A DNA stretch of 64,000 nt from Acidimicrobiaceae bacterium (GTDB lineage Bacteria; Actinomycetota; Acidimicrobiia; Acidimicrobiales; Ilumatobacteraceae), in contig JADKGZ010000018.1 in assembly GCA_016722025.1 (NCBI GenBank), forward strand, positions 3,437 to 67,436, in the 5' to 3' direction. This document shows, piece after piece, positions 9,460 through 17,189 of the stretch (positions are counted from its first letter, which is position 1; the number at the start of each line of letters is the position of its first letter). Both the position numbers and the translations under genes were made by a program. The notes under the pieces were generated by a model. That model saw only the letters and a program-made list of their open reading frames with translations, was not told where the DNA came from and ran no database searches.

Positions 9460-9735
9460 ATGAACTGCAGTGAGTTGGAAGCGCATCTCACCGACTTCCT
9501 CGACGGTCAGCTCGGCCCGGCCACTGAAGCTGCTGCGCTCGAGCACATCGCCTCCTGTGCACGATGCGAGGCAGTGCTCGCGGGCACACGCGCGGTGATC
9601 GACCTGGCGGGCGACGTGGGCAGAGTGGAACTCGAGGCGGCCGGTCGTGAGCGCCTGCTGCAGAGCATCCTCCACGCGTCGCGCTCGCGCGCGGTGCCAG
9701 ACGGCAGCGTGGGTTCAGCTGAGCGCGAGCGCTGA
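9460..9735 (+). CDS. soluble zinc-binding anti-sigma factor (ZAS, RsrA-like)
   Basis: Starts 1 nt after the sigma gene stop. Carries the H-x3-C-x2-C motif (HIASCARC) plus an upstream Cys3. No TM segment. 91 aa. Confidence 0.75.
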   Translation: MNCSELEAHLTDFLDGQLGPATEAAALEHIASCARCEAVLAGTRAVIDLAGDVGRVELEAAGRERLLQSILHASRSRAVPDGSVGSAERER

Positions 9736-10572
9736 GCGCACTGCCGTGTACACGGCCACCACCACCAGCAGGCCAACGAACCAGCGCTGCAAGGAACTGG
9801 AGTCGCGGGTGCTCGCCAGGCGGCTGCCGATCACCACACCGATCATGCTGGCGATCGTGAAGGGGATCACCGTTCCCCACTCGATCGATCCCGCTTGCAG
9901 CCGAGTGGAGAGCGCAACGACCGAGTTGATCGTGATCACGAGCAGCGACGTGCCCACCGCCTCCGCCATCGTGAAGCCGAGGGCGAGCACCAGTGCCGGC
10001 ACGATGACGAAGCCGCCGCCGACGCCGAAGAAGCCGGTCAGCAGACCGACCACGGTTCCTGCGACGACGACCTTCACGATCGTGCCCGGGTCGATGTGGC
10101 GCGCCGTGACGGCGGCGCCACCAGCACCCGGGGCCGTGCCGGGCGTGTCGTCCGGCGTGTCGTCGGGCGTGTCGTCGGAAGGGCTACCGGCTGATGTCGA
10201 TGGTGTCGTGGCCTTGCTCGCTCGTCGCCACATCGCATAGGCAGCGACCAGCATCAGGCCGGAGAACGCGAGCAGGAGCACATCGGGGTCGGCGGCCTTG
10301 TTCCAGTGCGAGCCCAACAGCGAACCACCGATGCCGGCGAGCCCGAAGATGGTGCCGGCGACGAACCGCACGCGGCCGGCGCGCCAGTGAGGGGCGATGC
10401 CGATCAGGGCAGTGAGAGCGACGAGCACCAGCGAGGTGGTCGTGGCCTGCTTCGGGCTCTGCCCGGCGGCGTACACCAGTGCCGGCACTGCCAGGATGGA
10501 CCCGCCGCCGCCCAGCGCCCCCAGCGAGATGCCGATGAGGAGGCCAAGTGGTGAGGCCAGCAGCGCGCGCAT
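9715..10572 (-). CDS. TauE/SafE family sulfite/anion exporter
   Basis: Two repeated 4-TM halves with GGGGSILAVPAL and GVGGGFVIVPAL motifs. Confidence 0.85.
   Translation of the reverse strand: MRALLASPLGLLIGISLGALGGGGSILAVPALVYAAGQSPKQATTTSLVLVALTALIGIAPHWRAGRVRFVAGTIFGLAGIGGSLLGSHWNKAADPDVLLLAFSGLMLVAAYAMWRRASKATTPSTSAGSPSDDTPDDTPDDTPGTAPGAGGAAVTARHIDPGTIVKVVVAGTVVGLLTGFFGVGGGFVIVPALVLALGFTMAEAVGTSLLVITINSVVALSTRLQAGSIEWGTVIPFTIASMIGVVIGSRLASTRDSSSLQRWFVGLLVVVAVYTAVRSALALS
10142..10177 (-). repeat. in-frame 12-bp tandem repeat x3 encoding DDTP DDTP DDTP in the central loop of TauE
   Basis: Units at 10142-10153, 10154-10165 and 10166-10177. Confidence 0.9.
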
Positions 10573-10579
10573 GAAACGC

Positions 10580-10921
10580 TCAGATCACCACGCCGGGGTT
10601 GCCGGCGTGATTGACCATCGGGTGCCCGAAGCTGGACCATGCGTACATGCCGCCGGTCATGTTGAACGCGTCGAAGCCTTGCTCGCGCAGCCAAGCAGTG
10701 ACACGCGCCGAGCGGTTTCCCGAGCGGCAGATGCAGATCGTGCGCCGAGTGCGGTCGAGCTCTCCGATGCGATCGGCGAGCTCGCTCATCGCAATGTGAA
10801 CGGCGTTGGGTGCGTGTCCGCTCATCCACTCTTCGTACTCGCGCACGTCGAGCAACACGGTGTCGGCCGGTGCGGATGCAGCGGCGTCCACATCGATGGA
10901 GGGCAACAGGTCGGGCGCCAT
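10580..10921 (-). CDS. single-domain rhodanese sulfurtransferase
   Basis: 113 aa with active-site loop CRSGNRS. The ATG overlaps the stop of the upstream gene (TGATG). Confidence 0.85.
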   Translation of the reverse strand: MAPDLLPSIDVDAAASAPADTVLLDVREYEEWMSGHAPNAVHIAMSELADRIGELDRTRRTICICRSGNRSARVTAWLREQGFDAFNMTGGMYAWSSFGHPMVNHAGNPGVVI

Positions 10922-12315
10922 CACTGCGTGCCTTCCGCGAGAGCGTGGGCCTGCCAGGCGGTGTAGCCGCCGACGAGATCGCTCACGTCGCTGAAGCCAT
11001 GTGAGCGCAGCAGGCTGGAGGCGATGGCCGAGCGATAGCCGCCGGCGCAGAACACGACCGTCGGTGCAGCGGGGTCGAGCTGGTCGAGGCTGTTCAAGAG
11101 TGCGGGAAGGCTGATCTTCCGGGAGCCGGCGATGCTGCCGAGGGCGACCTCGCCCGGGTTGCGCACATCCACGAGCACCAGCTGCGGCACGGTGGCGATC
11201 CGCTCGACAAGCGTGTCGGCCGACAGTCGCGACAGCGGTTCCACGTGCTCGGGGTGCGCGAGGAACGCCTCGAACGGCTGCGCCAGTGCACCCAGCACGC
11301 GATCGAAGCCGATGCGTGCGAGTCGCACCTTGGCTTCTGCTTCGTGGCCCGGCGGAGTGACCAGGACGATCGGGGTCTCCGGTCGCATCACCTCGCCGGC
11401 GTATTCGGCGAAACGGCCGCCGAGACCGACGTTCACCGACCCGCGCAGGTGGCCGGCCGCGAAGGCCATGTCGTCGCGCGCATCGAGAACGACGGCGCCG
11501 TCGTGCTGATGGGCCAGCACCTGCTCGATGGTGAGCGGGGCGACGCTGACATCCTCGGCCAGCAGCTCGCGCAGCTCGCGGTTGCGATTCGCGGCGAAGG
11601 AGAAGTAGAGCGGCGCCACCGACTGACCCTGGGTGACCGCTTCGACGAAGTCGTCCTCGCTCATCGGGGCGAGCGCGTAGTTGGTACGCCGCTGCTCGCC
11701 GATGGTGGAGACCGTCTCGGTGGAGAGGTTCTTGCCGCACGCCGACCCTGCACCGTGTGCGGGAAACACCTTGGTCGCATCGGGCAGCGTGAGCAGTTGC
11801 TCGTGCAGCGAGTGGTACAGCTGCCGGCCCAGCTCCTCGGCGGTGACGCCGACGGATGCCAGCAGGTCGGGTCGACCGACGTCGCCGATGAACAGCGTGT
11901 CGCCGGTGAGCACGCCGTAGGGCAGATCGTCGGTGCCGTGGGGATAGATGACGATGCTGATCGACCTCCGTGTGTGCCCGGGGGTCTCGCGAACCTGCAG
12001 CGCGACCTCGCCGAGGTCGATGACCGCACCGTGCGCGTAGGTCGTGATCGGGAACTCGGCGCGCCCTTCGGCAGCGCTGCCGTAGCCGATCGTGGCGCCG
12101 GTGTGCGCGGCGAGCTCGAGATGGCCGGAGAGGAAGTCGGCATGGAAGTGAGTTTCCAACACGTGAGTGATGGTGAGGCCATGCGCCTCGGCGTCGGCGA
12201 GGTACTCCGCAACATCGCGCTGGGGGTCGACCACCACGGCCCTGCCAGTGGTGGTGTCACCGATGAGGTAGCTGGCGTGCGAGAGGCACCCGAGGTAGTA
12301 CTGGCGGAAGAACAC
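10921..12315 (-). CDS. MBL-fold persulfide dioxygenase fused to rhodanese domains (CstB-like)
   Basis: N-terminal metallo-beta-lactamase fold (ETHFHADF). C-terminal rhodanese with catalytic loop CAGGYRS. AAGGAG RBS 8 nt before GTG 12315. Confidence 0.9.
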   Translation of the reverse strand: MFFRQYYLGCLSHASYLIGDTTTGRAVVVDPQRDVAEYLADAEAHGLTITHVLETHFHADFLSGHLELAAHTGATIGYGSAAEGRAEFPITTYAHGAVIDLGEVALQVRETPGHTRRSISIVIYPHGTDDLPYGVLTGDTLFIGDVGRPDLLASVGVTAEELGRQLYHSLHEQLLTLPDATKVFPAHGAGSACGKNLSTETVSTIGEQRRTNYALAPMSEDDFVEAVTQGQSVAPLYFSFAANRNRELRELLAEDVSVAPLTIEQVLAHQHDGAVVLDARDDMAFAAGHLRGSVNVGLGGRFAEYAGEVMRPETPIVLVTPPGHEAEAKVRLARIGFDRVLGALAQPFEAFLAHPEHVEPLSRLSADTLVERIATVPQLVLVDVRNPGEVALGSIAGSRKISLPALLNSLDQLDPAAPTVVFCAGGYRSAIASSLLRSHGFSDVSDLVGGYTAWQAHALAEGTQ

Positions 12316-12368
12316 GATTGATGCTCCTTGTCGAGAACGGTCGAGGTTCGAGGCGGTTCTTGTGTGGC

Positions 12369-12394
12369 AACTATACCCCCGGGGGTATTATTCC
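12369..12394 (-). promoter_or_regulatory. candidate ECF (SigR/SigH-type) promoter GGAAT-N18-GTT
   Basis: The minus strand reads GGAAT aatacccccgggggtata GTT, so the spacer is exactly 18 nt. It lies 54 nt upstream of the CstB-like GTG. Confidence 0.5.
12373..12388. promoter_or_regulatory. perfect 16-bp palindrome ATACCCCCGGGGGTAT (copy 2), candidate operator
   Basis: Identical to 8580-8595. With flanks, the 18-mer AATACCCCCGGGGGTATA is identical in the direction of the downstream operon at both sites. Confidence 0.6.
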
Positions 12395-12412
12395 AACTCG
12401 TTGGATCGACGC

Positions 12413-13144
12413 TCAACCACTCGAGCCGCGCTCCATGTCGCTGGCAATGATCGCGTCGTAGTCGGCCTGTGAGATGTACGCGGGCGTGTAGTCGGCGCCA
12501 TTCTTCGCGAGCTGCTTCGTGAACGCACGCAGGTGGTTGCGGGACCCCTTCTCCAGGTTCGCATACACCAGCGCCAGGTCGGGTGTGTCGGTGGCGAGTG
12601 ACCGCAGGTCGGAGATGTCGAGGTCTTCGATCGTGGCGCCCACCTCGAGTGCATCGACCAGCGAGCTGCTCCCTCGTTCGACGAGGCTGGTGTAGAGCGA
12701 CTGCAGGTCGGCGTTGGTGAACTCACCGACCGCGTTCCCCGCAGCAGGGTCGGCGAGGTCGTAGCGATCCAGCAACGTCAGCACCGCGTCGGTGTGCGTC
12801 AGCTCGGAGGACGAGATGTTGTCGAACGCCTGCAGCTGCCACTGGTCGTAGAGCGTCGAGTACACGTCATGAGCCAGCTTCTCCTCCTCGCGCATGCGCA
12901 GCAGGCCCGCCGTCTCGGCGGTCGTCAGCTCCGCCTTGGGCATGGCCTCGAGCCGGGTGTCCAGCACCGCAGGATCGAAGTTGCTCTCGCCGTTGGAGCC
13001 GACCTGCATCGGGCCCGATCCGCCGCCGTTGCCAGTGCCGTTGCCGTTGCCGTTGCCGCCGGACGAGCAGGCGGCGAGCACCACGGCGGCCACCACCATC
13101 ACTGCCGTGCGGCGCGCGGAAACCTCTTCGACTCTGCATCGCAT
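12413..13144 (-). CDS. DUF2202 ferritin-like domain lipoprotein
   Basis: Lipobox VLAACSS followed by a GNGNGNGTGNGGGS linker. MREEEKLAHDVY and SSELTHTDA motifs are typical of DUF2202. Start uncertain. Confidence 0.65.
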   Translation of the reverse strand: MRCRVEEVSARRTAVMVVAAVVLAACSSGGNGNGNGTGNGGGSGPMQVGSNGESNFDPAVLDTRLEAMPKAELTTAETAGLLRMREEEKLAHDVYSTLYDQWQLQAFDNISSSELTHTDAVLTLLDRYDLADPAAGNAVGEFTNADLQSLYTSLVERGSSSLVDALEVGATIEDLDISDLRSLATDTPDLALVYANLEKGSRNHLRAFTKQLAKNGADYTPAYISQADYDAIIASDMERGSSG

Positions 13145-13256
13145 CCTCCTTCGGATACCTCCCAGGGTATGACGAGGAGCGTTGCGTGGATACTGCCGAA
13201 AGGCCTCTTGGTGGAACGCTGGCGGTGGACGCAACTGCTGAGCTCGCAGGCTGGGC

Positions 13257-14645
13257 TCAGCAGTCGATCTCGTAGAACTGCACGGGGGCACCTGGCAGCG
13301 GGCTCAGCTCGAGACCGATGGTGAACGTGGCGCCGGTGCCCTGCACCACGATGTCGCCGCGGGTGGCTGCCGCGGGGCGCAACTCGACGATGTGCAGTGG
13401 CCCGTGTGCTGCGATCAACCGGCCAGCTTCCGCACGTCGCCTGACCAGCGCGTCGTCGAGATCGACGTTGTCGTCGAACAGCGCTGCGGCATCGCCGTCG
13501 CTCCACTCGTTGAGCAGGGCCACCAGTCGGTGGGCGGCAGCCGCCCAGTGCGGCCCCGCCGGCACCGGAGTGGCCGGCGCGTGGCCATGAGCGAGCAGCA
13601 CATCGAGCATGCGCATGGTGAGCACGCCCATCGGCGCGTAGGTGGTGTTGCCCAGCGCGATCGCACCAACGCCGCGACCCGCCAGCCAGCGCATGTTGCT
13701 GCCGTAGCCCGGGAGGCCTCCGGCGTGTGCAACCACCTTGCCCAGGCTGGGTTCGTCGCGCACGTTGAGCCCGAATCCGTAGCCCGCGGGGCACGAGCGC
13801 CCGGCCACCGTCGTGACGCCGATGTAGGTGTGCGCACGCTGCATCTCGCGCCGGCTGGCCGCCGAGAGGCCGTCGCTCGCGGGCTGATGCGGCAGCGAGT
13901 TGGCCGAGTCCAGCCAGGCGATCCACTTGGCGAGGTCGGCGACGGTGCTCCACAACCCACCCATCGGGGCGATCTCGCCGTCGCCGATGGGTGTCGGCCA
14001 GTCGCGGACCAGTTCCCCGTCGCGCCAACGGTGTGGTCGAGCCCAGTGTTCGTGCTCGGGTCGCACCCACGTGGTGTCGACCATGCCCAAGGGCTGCAGC
14101 AGTCGACTCGTGATGTGCTGCTGCACGCGGCTGCCGGTGGCGCGCAGCACAGCCCGGCCGATCATGCCGAAGCCGAGGTTGCTGTACTCGTAGGCGGTGT
14201 CGGGCAGGTGAGCAAAGGTTGGCCCTGCGGCGTAGATGCCGTCGATCTCCTCGGCCGTGATGTCGAGGTGACGGTCGGCCCACGCATCGTCGGTGGCCAA
14301 ACCCGAGGTCATCGAGAGCAGGTGGCGCAGCGTGATGGGCGGCGAACCGGCGGGGCCGGACACCGAGCCCAACTCGGGCGCGTGACGCGCGACCGGGTCG
14401 TCGAGCTGCCAGACACCTTCGTCGCGCAGCGCGAGCACCACTGCCGCGGTGAAGCTCTTCGTCATCGATGCGATGCGGTAGACCGCTCGCTCGTCGGCCG
14501 GTAGGTGGTCGTGGAGGGTGCCGGTGCATCCGTGCTCGACGAGCTGGCCGCCGGCGACGACGCCCCACGAGATGGAGGCGACGTGCTCGTCGAGCGCAGT
14601 CGTGTCGGAGAGTTCTTGCAGCTCGGCACGGCACTCAGGAGTCAC
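13257..14645 (-). CDS. serine hydrolase (class C beta-lactamase / PBP-like family)
   Basis: S-x-x-K motif SMTK in ...YRIASMTKSFTAAVVLAL. Start placed at GTG 14645, although ATG 14702 is also possible. Confidence 0.8.
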   Translation of the reverse strand: MTPECRAELQELSDTTALDEHVASISWGVVAGGQLVEHGCTGTLHDHLPADERAVYRIASMTKSFTAAVVLALRDEGVWQLDDPVARHAPELGSVSGPAGSPPITLRHLLSMTSGLATDDAWADRHLDITAEEIDGIYAAGPTFAHLPDTAYEYSNLGFGMIGRAVLRATGSRVQQHITSRLLQPLGMVDTTWVRPEHEHWARPHRWRDGELVRDWPTPIGDGEIAPMGGLWSTVADLAKWIAWLDSANSLPHQPASDGLSAASRREMQRAHTYIGVTTVAGRSCPAGYGFGLNVRDEPSLGKVVAHAGGLPGYGSNMRWLAGRGVGAIALGNTTYAPMGVLTMRMLDVLLAHGHAPATPVPAGPHWAAAAHRLVALLNEWSDGDAAALFDDNVDLDDALVRRRAEAGRLIAAHGPLHIVELRPAAATRGDIVVQGTGATFTIGLELSPLPGAPVQFYEIDC

Positions 14646-14656
14646 GGAGAGCGACG

Positions 14657-15391
14657 CTACCCGCCCAGCCCGCCGAGGCTCCAGCACCGCCACCCATCCC
14701 ATCGCCCGACCGCAGCCGGGCACGCCCCGACAGCGCTACGAAGGTGGCTGGCCTGGGAGAGGGAGGCGGTGATGGCGGTGAGGAGCTGGTCGTAGGTGTG
14801 GTTCGCGGGGAACTGCGGGAACTGGGCCGTGATGGCGTCGGGGGCGTGGAACCAGAAGCCGGCGTCGGCCGCGCCCAGCATGGCAGCGTCGTTGTACGAG
14901 TCGCCGGCGGCCACGACCCGGTAGTTCAACCCGCGCAACGCATTGACCGCGTGGCGCTTCTGATCGGGCATGCGCAGCGCGTAGTCGATGACGCGGTCGT
15001 CGTGCACGATCAACTGGTGGCAGAAGATGGCGGGCATGCCCAGCTGCCGCATCAGCGGCGCCGCGAACTGCTCGAACGTGTCACTGAGGATGATCACCTG
15101 CGTGCGGGCGCGCAGGGCATCGAGGAAGTCGCGTGCGCCATCCATCGGCTCGAGCCCGGCGATCACATCGGTGATCGTGCTCATCCGCAGCCCGTGTTGG
15201 GCCAGCAACGCCAGGCGCCCCTTCATCAGCACGTCGTAGTCGGGTTCGTCGCGGGTGGTGCGCCGCAACGCCTCGATGCCGGTGCGCTCGGCAACAGCGA
15301 TCCAGATCTCCGGCACCAGCACCCCCTCCAGGTCGAGGGTGACGATGGTCTGCTGCGGCACGGTCTGTTGCGGGGCTGCTGTCGCGTTCAC
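14657..15391 (-). CDS. thrH: phosphoserine phosphatase / homoserine phosphotransferase ThrH (HAD family)
   Basis: LDLEGVLVPEIWIAVAERTGI...TTRDEPDYDVLM...ILSDTF...AAGDSYND closely follows Pseudomonas ThrH as I remember it. Confidence 0.85.
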   Translation of the reverse strand: MNATAAPQQTVPQQTIVTLDLEGVLVPEIWIAVAERTGIEALRRTTRDEPDYDVLMKGRLALLAQHGLRMSTITDVIAGLEPMDGARDFLDALRARTQVIILSDTFEQFAAPLMRQLGMPAIFCHQLIVHDDRVIDYALRMPDQKRHAVNALRGLNYRVVAAGDSYNDAAMLGAADAGFWFHAPDAITAQFPQFPANHTYDQLLTAITASLSQASHLRSAVGACPAAVGRWDGWRCWSLGGLGG

Positions 15392-15445
15392 GGTGGCCTA
15401 TTCTTCACGACGGCCGGGCTCCGGCGCGAACGAGGGGAACATCTC

Positions 15446-17102
15446 ATGCCGATCAGCACCATGTCCAGCACGATGATGGACGACTACCAGCTCACGTTGC
15501 TGCCCGTCTTCCGGTACGGCCGGCAGGTGCACGCCAACAGCAAGATCATCACGTTCACCGGCGCCTCCGACGATGCCGGTGGCGTACGTGGAGAGCACGT
15601 TCGAGCAGGTTGCCGACCGGGCCGATCGGCTGGCCTCGGCCCTGGCCCGCCTGGGTGTGCAGCCCGGCGACCGGGTGGGCACGTTCATGTGGAACAACCA
15701 GACCCACATGGAGGCGTACCTGGCCATTCCGTGCATGGGCGCGGTGTTGCACACGCTCAACATCCGCCTGTTCCCCGAGCAGCTCGCGTACGTCATCAAC
15801 CACGCCGAGGACCGGGTCATCATCATCGACGCGTCCATCGCCCCGTTGCTGGCCCGCGTGCGCGACCAGCTCACCACCGTGCAGCACATCATCGTCAAAG
15901 GTCCTGGCGACGCAAGCAGCCTGATGGTTGCAGGCCACGGCGATCTGCTGGACTACGACGAGCTGCTGGCGGCTGAGCCGGGCGGCTACAACTACCCCGA
16001 AGTCACCGAGAACACCGGCGCGGCGATGTGCTACACCAGCGGCACCACGGGCAACCCCAAGGGTGTGATGTACAGCCACCGCAGCACGTACATGCACTCG
16101 CTGATGGTCACGTCCACCTCCAACATCGCGCTCAGCGAACGCGATCGCATGCTGGTGATCGTGCCGATGTTCCACGCCAACGCATGGGGCACGCCATACG
16201 CGGCATGGATGATCGGCGCCGATCTGGTGTTCCCGCAGCAGTTCCTGCAGGCCGCGCCCATCGCTCGCATCATCGCCGAGACGAAGCCGACGCTCACCGG
16301 TGCCGTGCCCACCGTGTTGAACGATCTCCTGCACAACGCACCCGACACCGACATGAGCAGCTTCCGGCTGGTGATGTGCGGCGGCTCGGCGGTGCCGCGC
16401 GGTCTCATCGACGGCTACCGCGACACCTTTCACGTGCCCATCGTGCAGGGCTGGGGCATGACCGAGACCAGCCCCGTGTGCGCCATCGGCCATCCGCCCA
16501 AGGACATGGGCAGTGGCTCCGAGACCGACTGGCGGGTGAAGACCGGCCGCGTGATGCCGGGGGTCGAGCTGCGCATCACCGACGACAACGGCGATGTGCA
16601 GCCCTGGGACGGCGAAGCACTGGGTGAGATCGAGGTGCGCGGCTCGTGGATCACCGGCAGCTACTACCACGTGGATGATCCGGAGAAGTTCCACGACGGG
16701 TGGCTGCGCACCGGCGATGTCGCCAGCGTGTTGCCCAACGGCTACGTGATGATCAGCGACCGGGCCAAGGACGTCATCAAGAGTGGTGGCGAGTGGGTGT
16801 CGTCGGTCGATCTGGAGAACACGCTGATGGGTCACCCGGCAGTGCTGGAGGCGGCGGTCATCGGCGTGCCCGACGATCGCTGGGACGAGCGGCCGTTGGC
16901 CTGCATCGTGCTCAAGCCCGGCGAGTCGCTGACAGCGGACGAGCTGCGCGCCTGGCTGGGCGAACGTACCGCCAAGTTCTGGCTGCCCGAACGATGGAGC
17001 TTCATCACCGAGGTGCCCAAGACCAGTGTCGGCAAGTTCGACAAGAAGGTGCTGCGCGCTCGCAACCAGGCCGGCGAGCTCGATGTGGAGAAGATCGCCT
17101 GA
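15446..17102 (+). pseudogene. long-chain acyl-CoA synthetase (AMP-binding) interrupted by a +1 frameshift near 15575-15582
   Basis: The conserved N-terminus MSSTMMDDYQLTLLPVFRYG...ITFTGASDDA is in frame 2 after a GAGGGGA RBS. The body (VAYVESTFEQV..., AMP motif YTSGTTGNPKG) is in frame 0 from 15573. Confidence 0.8.
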
Positions 17103-17189
17103 CCGATCTCCCTCGGCGACGGGGCGCCGGCCACGGCGGGTGGCCTTTGGCTCTGTCGTGCACACCGGCAGTGCGCGTCCACTGCAGGT

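Noticed and set aside
10580-11740. 386-aa ORF extending the rhodanese gene upstream
   Set aside because: Only the C-terminal 113 aa are rhodanese-like. The upstream part overlaps the CstB-like gene in another frame and is Arg-rich nonsense.
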